A stretch of DNA of 32,000 nucleotides. It comes from Pyrodictium abyssi. GTDB taxonomy: Archaea; Thermoproteota; Thermoprotei_A; Sulfolobales; Pyrodictiaceae. The stretch spans positions 1,350,001 through 1,382,000 of the forward strand of contig NZ_AP028907.1 of NCBI RefSeq assembly GCF_036323395.1. The letters are read 5' to 3'. A program made the position numbers and the translations under genes. Shown piece by piece: positions 25,526 through 32,000 of this stretch; the first letter of the stretch is position 1, and every line of letters starts with the position of its first letter. Under the pieces are notes generated by a model. It searched no databases. It had not been told where the DNA came from and saw only the letters and a program-made list of their open reading frames with translations.

Positions 25526-26890
25526 CTACCCGATTGCGTCTACGATGAGCACGGGGGCTACGCCTAGGGCTATGGAGGCTATTGCTAGGAGAAGTAGCGG
25601 CGCTAGGAGGCTGGCCTGCGGCTCGGGGGGCGGCGGCCTGGGGGCAGCTGTCGCTGGGTGCCAGAATACGCGGCGCCAGAACCGGAGGGCGTAGGCGGTG
25701 GATGCTAGCACTGCTAGCGCCAGCATAGCTGCTGCTCCAGCGCCCCTACTGTGGCCGACGCCTAGCACTACTAGTAGCTCGCTGGGGAATAGGGCGAAGG
25801 GCGGTAGGCCTGCGAGGCTCATAGCCGCTGTGAAGCCCGCGAACGCTGTTAGGGGCATACGGTAGGCGAACAGCCCCATACGGCTTATGTCGTCGGTGCC
25901 GGCCTGCTTCTCCAGCACGCCCGCGACAAGGAAGAACAGCGCCTTGACAAGGCCGTGGGCTATCGCGGCTAGCACGCCGCCAGCCAGCGCTGCTGGGCTT
26001 GCGGCTGCGAGGCCAGCGTATATCATTCCCGCGTGGCTGACGCTACTGTAGGACGCTATTAGCCCGAGCCGGTTAGCCGATAGCGCGCGTAGGGCGCCGA
26101 TTAGGGCTGAGACTGCCCCCAGCCACACCGCTGCGTTGAGTATGCTGGTCGCGGCTTGAGGCCACGCTAGGGATGCCACAAGCCTGTACATCCCGTAGGC
26201 GCCTATACTTGTGACCACTCCGGCTAGTATGCCGGCTATGGCCGGGGGTACCGCCGTGTAGGCTCTGGGTATCCACGTATGGAAGGGGAACACGCCGAGC
26301 TTTATAGCGAAGGCCGTAAGCGCGGCTGTGAGAGCCAGGCCCGCTAGCCCGGTCGCGACGCTGGCGCCGAACACCGCGGCGCCGGATGCCACGAGGATAG
26401 CTATAGACACTAGGAGTAGCAGCGAGCCCGCATGCATGTATATGAAGAACTCTACTGCTCTGCGCGGCTCCCATAGCCATATCATCGCCGCGGAAGCCGC
26501 TAGCACCATCTCCCAGAATATGTAGAACGCTGGGAGGCTAAACGAGTAGACGAGCCCCAGCACAGCCGCGTGTAGCCCCACTACTACGAGCCTTAGCGCC
26601 GCCGTGCCGCCTCTCCCCATTAGCCCTGCCCCCTCGGCATAGGCTAGCACGCTAACCGCTACTACGCCCGAGAGCAGCGCGAAGAGCTTGGATACGGAGT
26701 CTATCCCCACGCAGAGGGGGATAGAGCCGAGCCATGGGGTGCACACGGGCCCGCCGCTTGCCAGCAGCGTGGCTAGGGTAGAGGCGGCTATAGCCGCCAG
26801 TACTGCCACGCGGGGCGCAGCCAGCGACGCCGCTGCGCCTAGGCCGAGCACTATCATCGATGCCGCGAAGGCTGCTGCCGCAACGGTCAC
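25526..26890 (-). CDS. Proton-conducting antiporter-like subunit (NuoM/HyfB-like)
   Basis: 'FYIFWEMVLAASAAMIWLW', 'TAFAIKLGVFPFHTWIPRAYTAVPPAIAGILAG', 'SSVSHAGMIYAGLA'. Confidence 0.85.
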   Translation of the reverse strand: MTVAAAAFAASMIVLGLGAAASLAAPRVAVLAAIAASTLATLLASGGPVCTPWLGSIPLCVGIDSVSKLFALLSGVVAVSVLAYAEGAGLMGRGGTAALRLVVVGLHAAVLGLVYSFSLPAFYIFWEMVLAASAAMIWLWEPRRAVEFFIYMHAGSLLLLVSIAILVASGAAVFGASVATGLAGLALTAALTAFAIKLGVFPFHTWIPRAYTAVPPAIAGILAGVVTSIGAYGMYRLVASLAWPQAATSILNAAVWLGAVSALIGALRALSANRLGLIASYSSVSHAGMIYAGLAAASPAALAGGVLAAIAHGLVKALFFLVAGVLEKQAGTDDISRMGLFAYRMPLTAFAGFTAAMSLAGLPPFALFPSELLVVLGVGHSRGAGAAAMLALAVLASTAYALRFWRRVFWHPATAAPRPPPPEPQASLLAPLLLLAIASIALGVAPVLIVDAIG

Positions 26891-28200
26891 CAGCTAGCCA
26901 CCTCCAGCGCCTGGACTATCTGTGGCCACACGCCGAGCACGAGGAGTAGGAGCGAGTAGACGAGGAGCGGGGCTATCTGCAGACCACCACCGTTCCTTGC
27001 CACGGGGCCGCTTAGGGCTATGTAGCGGGCTATGTAGGCGGCTGCTACGAGGAAGAACAGGGCCGCGACCCCGGCCATCCAGGCGTAGCCAGCCGAGACG
27101 AGTGCTACGAGCATGGAGAGCTTGGCGGCGAACCCGTAGAGTGGCGGCAGGCCTGCTAGGCTTAGGAGCCCCACGGTCTCGGCGGCCTTTCCTCCGAGTG
27201 TGCCCGTGTAGCGCTGCGACGCAGCCACTAGCGCCGCCGACATGCTGCCCGCTGTCACGAGGTAGGCCAGCGCAGTCATCCCGTCCATGCCGGAGAGCGC
27301 TAGGGCCACTGCTAGCAGCACCTTGTAGCCTGCTCCGCCCACAATGCTGTAGCCTAGCATGCGGCGCACATCGCTCTGGGCTAGCGCGGAGAACTCGCCT
27401 ACAAGCATGCTAGCCAGCGCTAACACCAGTAGGGCTGCTGTAACGCCGCCCGCAGCCGCCCCGGCCTCGACTATGAGACGGAGCAGCGCCAGCATTGCTG
27501 GCGCGTCGAGCAGCAGTAGAGCAGTGGCTACGCCGAGTATGTGGGCTCCTTGCACCACGTCGGGGAGCCACATGTAGAACGGGGCGAGGCCGACCTCGAG
27601 CGCGAGACCAGCCACGAGGAACACTAGGCCGAGGAGCGGCTGGAGAGCCATGTGCTGGCCGTTACCTAGGACGGCGCCTAGGTCTGTGAAGCCGCGTACA
27701 CCGTTGCCATAGAGCAGGGCTGCGCCTAGCACTATGAACGCTACGCCGAGCATCGAGGAGTAGAAGTACTTGATTGCGGCTTCACCGGCCCGGCTCCCGC
27801 CTATACTGTACAGTGCCGCTAGAGCTGCTGCAGCCGTCTCTAGCCCTGCTACAAGGGTTATGAAGCTCTCCGAGTAGAGCACTAGGAGGCCGCCGGCCGC
27901 TGCTAGTATGACTAGCGGGGCTCTCCTATTATCGAGTTCTCCGACGAGGCTTAGGAGTACAAGTAGCTCTGCTGCTAGTAGGAGTACACCGGCCGCCTTA
28001 TACCCGCCTACCACGTGCGCCACGTCTAGCCCCTGGTGGCTGTAGACGCTCCCTACAGGCAGCTTCAGGACGAGCAGCAGCATGAGGGAGATGCTAGCTA
28101 GTGTGACGGCCTGCGAAGCTCTCCGCGGTAGAGCCGCCGCCATGGCTGCTGCCGCGAGCACAGCGCCTATACCGCCTACTAGCTGGTACGGGGCCTCCAC
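26887..28200 (-). CDS. Proton-conducting antiporter-like subunit (NuoN-like)
   Basis: 'SFITLVAGLETAAAALAAL', 'AGLALEVGLAPFYMWLPDVVQGAH', 'AQSDVRRMLGYSIVGGAGYKVL', 'GLPPLYGFAAKLSMLVA'. Confidence 0.85.
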   Translation of the reverse strand: MEAPYQLVGGIGAVLAAAAMAAALPRRASQAVTLASISLMLLLVLKLPVGSVYSHQGLDVAHVVGGYKAAGVLLLAAELLVLLSLVGELDNRRAPLVILAAAGGLLVLYSESFITLVAGLETAAAALAALYSIGGSRAGEAAIKYFYSSMLGVAFIVLGAALLYGNGVRGFTDLGAVLGNGQHMALQPLLGLVFLVAGLALEVGLAPFYMWLPDVVQGAHILGVATALLLLDAPAMLALLRLIVEAGAAAGGVTAALLVLALASMLVGEFSALAQSDVRRMLGYSIVGGAGYKVLLAVALALSGMDGMTALAYLVTAGSMSAALVAASQRYTGTLGGKAAETVGLLSLAGLPPLYGFAAKLSMLVALVSAGYAWMAGVAALFFLVAAAYIARYIALSGPVARNGGGLQIAPLLVYSLLLLVLGVWPQIVQALEVASW

Positions 28201-28202
28201 GG

Positions 28203-30053
28203 CTACCCACCAACGCCGATCAGTGCAGCTATTATGAGGATGACTAGCCCGGCCAGATAGACGGCGTAGTAGTAGCTGAGCTTGCCCAGGTGGATGCTGC
28301 GCATGACCTCTCCCAGCTGGAGCGAGAGCGAGGCAACCGTCGAGGCGAGCGCGTCCACGACGCCTATGAGCCCCCTAGCTGACATCCTTGCGACAAAGAG
28401 TATCGAGGGAACGACTATCCTCGTATAGACGCGGTCCACGTAGAAGCCCTCAAGCACCATGCGGTGAACAGTCTTGGGCACTACAACCTCTAGTCTACCG
28501 CTGTAGAGCAGGTAGGCTGCTAGCAGCCCCGCAGACGCCGCAGCCAGGCCAGCGGCAACAGCCCCCGCGCTGGGCTCGACAGCTTGGAGCGGTGGCTTCA
28601 GCAGCAGAGGAGAAGCGATAGCCAGCACCGCGAGGACTAAGACCGGGGCTGCCATAGCCATAGGGGGCTTTTCTACCTTCAAGCCGCCGTGCCTCGGCTC
28701 TGCGAAGACCAAGTAGTATACCAGCTTAGCAGAGTAGAACGCCGTAGCAGCCGAGGCCGCGAGCAGAGCTAGCGCAGCGAGAGGGTCTGAGTTAATCGCC
28801 ACGTCTATTATCGCCTCTTTGCTCCACGCCCCGTTGAAGGGTGGTATGCCCGCCAGCGCAGCTGCTCCCGCTACCAGGCCTGCTACTAGTAGCCGGCTTC
28901 CACGAGCAGCCCCGGCTACGTAGCGCATATCCCTGGCTATCTCTGGCCCGAATAGGAGCTCGAACTCGTGTATGACGATCCCTACTGCCAGGAAGAGCAG
29001 AGCCTTGAACACGGCGTGACTTGCTACGTGCTCGAGCGCCGCCGCGAGCCCCTCGGAGCCGGCGCGCCATGCGAGGCCGATAGTGGCGTAGATGAAGCCT
29101 AGCTGGCTCATCGTCGAGTACGCTAGGAGCCTCTTAGCGTCGTACTGCGCTGCTGCTGCTAGGGCGGCGTAGAGCGCTGTAGCCGCCCCGACAATCGCGA
29201 CTATCTGTAGGAATCCGCTAGGAAGAGCCACCACATCCCCGGCGAGAGCCAGCGTGGACATCCTGAGGAGCAGGTAGACGCCAGCCTTGACCATCGTGGC
29301 TGCGTGTATCAGCGCGGAGACCGGCGTGGGGCCCTCCATCGCGTCGGGGAGCCAGACGTGGAAAGGCAGCTGCGCGCTCTTCGCAACCGCGCCTATGAAG
29401 GCTAGTGTCAGCGGGAGCCACATAGCGGATAGCCCGGCCTCTGCTAGCACGGGGTACTCGAGGGACCCCGCAGCCAGGTAGGCGTAGACTATGCCTACCA
29501 GGAGCGCTGTGTCCCCTATCCTCGTAGTCAGGAGCGCCTTAACGCCTGCTGCAGAGGCGCGTGGCGAGTAGTAGTGGTGGGCTATGAGCGCGAAGCTGCA
29601 GAGACCGACTATCTCCCAGAAAATGTAGAGCTGCGCTAGCCCACCGGCTAGCACGAGGCCTTCCATCGCGCCTATGAAGAGTGCGAGCAGGCTATAGTAC
29701 CTAGTATAGCCAGGGTCGCCCTCCATGTAGCTGTACGAGTAGACGACTACCAGGAAGCCTACTAGCCCCACTATCATGGAGAAGAAGGCTGAGAGCCCGT
29801 CGATGTACAATGAGAACCGTATACCCATGCCAGGCACTAGGGGTATACGGGGACCCTCGACGTAGAGAGGCTCCTCCACACCACTCGTGTAGAGCACGTA
29901 GGAGGATAGGAGCGCAGCTGCAGCCGAAGCAAGAGCTATGGCCCACGCTGCTCTGCGGCCCAGCAGGTAGCCCGCAACAGCTGCTAGCGGGGCAGATGCA
30001 AGCGGCACTAGGATGGCCGTGTAGCCCGCCGTGGCCGCATCCACCACCGCCAT
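28203..30053 (-). CDS. NuoL-like antiporter-like subunit
   Basis: 'SYMEGDPGYTRYYSLLALFIGAMEGLVLAGGLAQLYIFWEIVGLCSFALI', 'FIGAVAKSAQLPFHVWLPDAMEGPTPVSALIHAATMVKAGVYLLLR', 'STMSQLGFIYATIGL'. Confidence 0.95.
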   Translation of the reverse strand: MAVVDAATAGYTAILVPLASAPLAAVAGYLLGRRAAWAIALASAAAALLSSYVLYTSGVEEPLYVEGPRIPLVPGMGIRFSLYIDGLSAFFSMIVGLVGFLVVVYSYSYMEGDPGYTRYYSLLALFIGAMEGLVLAGGLAQLYIFWEIVGLCSFALIAHHYYSPRASAAGVKALLTTRIGDTALLVGIVYAYLAAGSLEYPVLAEAGLSAMWLPLTLAFIGAVAKSAQLPFHVWLPDAMEGPTPVSALIHAATMVKAGVYLLLRMSTLALAGDVVALPSGFLQIVAIVGAATALYAALAAAAQYDAKRLLAYSTMSQLGFIYATIGLAWRAGSEGLAAALEHVASHAVFKALLFLAVGIVIHEFELLFGPEIARDMRYVAGAARGSRLLVAGLVAGAAALAGIPPFNGAWSKEAIIDVAINSDPLAALALLAASAATAFYSAKLVYYLVFAEPRHGGLKVEKPPMAMAAPVLVLAVLAIASPLLLKPPLQAVEPSAGAVAAGLAAASAGLLAAYLLYSGRLEVVVPKTVHRMVLEGFYVDRVYTRIVVPSILFVARMSARGLIGVVDALASTVASLSLQLGEVMRSIHLGKLSYYYAVYLAGLVILIIAALIGVGG

Positions 30054-30055
30054 TG

Positions 30056-30349
30056 CTATCCCCTCAGCTCGTCCAGCTCGTCAACACTCTGGGCTCCGCG
30101 CCGCCTAGACGCGCTGAGGGCGAGAGCGGCCGCGAGCGCTACTGCTCCCGTCTCGACCACTAGCATGAAGACGAAGAAGCCTAGGCTACCGCCCCATAGG
30201 ACTAGGGAAGCTAGCGACGCGGCTGCCACAAGCTCTAGCCCGACTAGCACGCGTAGGAAGCTAGAGTACCGGGTAATCATGTAGAGCCCTGACGACGCGA
30301 GCACTGCTATAGCGAGCGAGTAGAGTAGGCTAGTCTCCACGGCTGCCAC
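30056..30349 (-). CDS. NuoK-like subunit
   Basis: 'LAIAVLASSGLYMITRYSSFLRVLVGLELVAAASLASLVLWG...VFMLVVETGAVALAAALALSA'. Confidence 0.88.
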   Translation of the reverse strand: MAAVETSLLYSLAIAVLASSGLYMITRYSSFLRVLVGLELVAAASLASLVLWGGSLGFFVFMLVVETGAVALAAALALSASRRRGAQSVDELDELRG

Positions 30350-30773
30350 CTCCTATGACCAGTCTTAGCGCTAGGAGCACTGATGCTAGCGGCGCGGAGG
30401 CCATGGCCACGGCTAGTGGTGCCCACTCCTCGAGGCGGGGGTTCGGGGGCTCTACGCGTGAGCCGAGGTGCACGAGTACTACAAGCAGCACTAGCGCTCC
30501 TGCGACGCCTAGGCCCGGCACTGCTCCCCGCTTCACACCCCCCAGTTCTGGGGCGAGGAACCCAGCAGCAGCGAGGAAGCCCCCAGCTAGCGAGAGCTGG
30601 ACTATAGCCGCTGCCGGCTCACCCATATCGAGGAAGAGGAGGGCTAGGAACACCAGAGCAGCCGTGGAGGAGAGCAGCATCCTCTCGTCGCGCTCCGTGA
30701 GCGCAGCGTAGAGCCCGGCCAGCGCAGCCGCGACTGCTAGCAGGGGCGCTGCCTCGGCCAACCTCGTCACCAC
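30330..30773 (-). CDS. NuoJ-like subunit
   Basis: 'STAALVFLALLFLDMGEPAAAIVQLSLAGGFLAAAGFLA', position between nuoK- and nuoH-like genes, short overlaps. Confidence 0.75.
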   Translation of the reverse strand: MVTRLAEAAPLLAVAAALAGLYAALTERDERMLLSSTAALVFLALLFLDMGEPAAAIVQLSLAGGFLAAAGFLAPELGGVKRGAVPGLGVAGALVLLVVLVHLGSRVEPPNPRLEEWAPLAVAMASAPLASVLLALRLVIGGGSRGD

Positions 30774-31723
30774 CCCGCTGCAAGCGCTACCGCCGCTAGG
30801 AAGAACGACGCGGGTACTATGATGCCCCAGGAGGCCTCGCCAACGTCTATCAGCCGCAGCCTCGGGGAAGCGGCTGCCACGAGAACCACTGCCAACGCCA
30901 CAGCTGCCCCCGCCGCGAGGAGGGCCAGGAGGCCGAGAAGGCCGCTCAAGGGCGGCGCAATGAACATGGAGGTGTAGTAGTACACCGCGACGGTGGACTG
31001 TACGCTATGAGCTAGATGAGCGAAGGCCAGGCGACGCCCACTCATATCGGCTACAACGCCGCCCGCTATCTCTGTCTCCGCCTCGGCTATGCTGAAGGGG
31101 TTCCTCCCGCTCTCGATCAGTATGAGGAAGAATCCTAGGAGTAGACCAGCTAGCCAGACGGGTATGAGGATAGGCTTGGAGGCTAGGCTGCTCCAGAGCT
31201 TCGACCTTATCTCGGCGAGCTCGAGCGAGCCCGTAGCAGCATACGGGACTGCTAGCAGGGAGAGGAGGGCTACCTCGTAGCTGGCTAGCAGGCCAAGCAA
31301 ACGGAGGCCACCGACGACGTTGAAGGGGCTATGGGTCGAGTATGCAGCTAGGTAGAGGAGCCCCGTGGAGAGGACCAGGCACACAGAGACCAGTATTGTG
31401 TCGCCGTAGAAGCTGAAGCTGGTAGCGCCGTTCCAGGGTATGAATAGCGATGCAAAAGCAGCGAAGCCGAGGCTCAGCACAAGCATGACTGGCGTCGCCA
31501 CGGGATCCTGGCTTCTGGGCGCTAGGTCCTCCTTGCCGAGCAGCTTGAGTATATCGAAGAGCGGCTGGAGAAGCCCCCAGAGCCCAGTGTAGCTCGGCCC
31601 TATCCTGTTCTGAAGCCTCGCTGCGAGCTTCCGTTCAGCAGCTTCAAGGAAGAGGGCAAGTGCTACTACGAATGTAAGACCCGGGTACACAGTAGATTCC
31701 ACTACTAGTTGTGGAAGACTCAT
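30767..31723 (-). CDS. NuoH-like subunit
   Basis: 'EAAERKLAARLQNRIGPSYTGLWGLLQPLFDILKLLGKED', 'ESGRNPFSIAEAETEIAGGVVADMSGRRLAFAHLAHSV'. Confidence 0.93.
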   Translation of the reverse strand: MSLPQLVVESTVYPGLTFVVALALFLEAAERKLAARLQNRIGPSYTGLWGLLQPLFDILKLLGKEDLAPRSQDPVATPVMLVLSLGFAAFASLFIPWNGATSFSFYGDTILVSVCLVLSTGLLYLAAYSTHSPFNVVGGLRLLGLLASYEVALLSLLAVPYAATGSLELAEIRSKLWSSLASKPILIPVWLAGLLLGFFLILIESGRNPFSIAEAETEIAGGVVADMSGRRLAFAHLAHSVQSTVAVYYYTSMFIAPPLSGLLGLLALLAAGAAVALAVVLVAAASPRLRLIDVGEASWGIIVPASFFLAAVALAAGW

Positions 31724-31929
31724 TGCTGTCTGGGCCTCCTTTTCCCGTTAGCTATATCCCGGGCAGCTATCGCCAAGAAGGCTCCAGCCGAGGCGAAGAG
31801 GAGAGTAGCAGCACCACCGCCGGATACTAGTACTGCTACGGGGACAGATTCGACTGAGGCGAAGAGTAGTAGGAGCCAAGGGTATGGCAGAGAACTCCTC
31901 TTGAGCGGTCCAGCCTTTTCTCCACACAT
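31720..31929 (-). CDS. Small two-TM membrane protein translationally coupled to the nuoH-like gene
   Basis: 'YPWLLLLFASVESVPVAVLVSGGGAATLLFASAGAFLAIAARDIANGKRR'; its stop overlaps the nuoH-like start by 4 nt (ATGA). Confidence 0.6.
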   Translation of the reverse strand: MCGEKAGPLKRSSLPYPWLLLLFASVESVPVAVLVSGGGAATLLFASAGAFLAIAARDIANGKRRPRQQ

Positions 31930-32000
31930 GTAGGGGGCTATCGCATCGCCTCTATTCCTGGAGGATGGAGCTAGGCTCCTTGCTGCGAGGTAGTAGCTAG

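Noticed and set aside
24985-31280. Numerous plus-strand ORFs opposite the hydrogenase operon (e.g. 26922..27413, 29810..30163, 30355..30711)
   Set aside because: Low-complexity Arg/Ser/Ala/Pro-rich translations that are antisense or off-frame to strongly motif-supported genes; typical GC-rich spurious ORFs.
1-32000. CRISPR arrays, tRNA/rRNA genes and insertion sequences
   Set aside because: No regularly spaced repeats, no GGTTCGAATCC-type T-loop with a matching cloverleaf, and no transposase motifs or terminal repeats were recognised by eye. A tRNAscan/CRISPR tool run would be needed to exclude them fully.

Overview
This is a GC-rich archaeal window, most likely from a Pyrodictium-like member of the Desulfurococcales (inferred from cannula-type proteins, GTG/TTG starts and gene content). 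It splits into two parts. (A) Positions ~0.8-16.3 kb are an accessory, cell-surface region. It holds three members of the Pyrodictium cannula subunit (CanA-like) family: a two-domain 386-aa protein at 2307..3467(-), a canonical 179-aa subunit at 11204..11743(+), and a long variant at 13931..14890(+) broken by two compensating frameshifts. Directly upstream of the canonical subunit is a tightly packed operon: a membrane-anchored wHTH regulator, a processive-type GT2 glycosyltransferase and an archaeosortase/exosortase-family protein. Nearby are a GT-C/PTPS-related-like membrane protein, a signal-peptide/TM-anchored thermonuclease, and a secreted coiled-coil protein. The same region has many broken genes: a relic of the membrane regulator, a PaREP1-family gene with an amber codon, and a HEPN/MNT pair in which both genes are frameshifted. 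(B) Positions ~15-32 kb are mostly intact metabolic genes: ribK, a mobA-like gene, fdhE, a pyridine-nucleotide disulfide oxidoreductase, a PAP2 phosphatase and an acyl-CoA dehydrogenase-like gene. They include a minus-strand operon for a group-4 [NiFe]-hydrogenase with a complete complex-I-like membrane arm (H-J-K-L-N-M-B-C-D-I order) and its maturation protease. The best candidate for an undescribed system is a cannula biogenesis/surface-assembly locus linking cannula subunits to an archaeosortase, GT2 and a membrane-bound regulator. All family assignments come from reading motifs by eye; no database searches were run.
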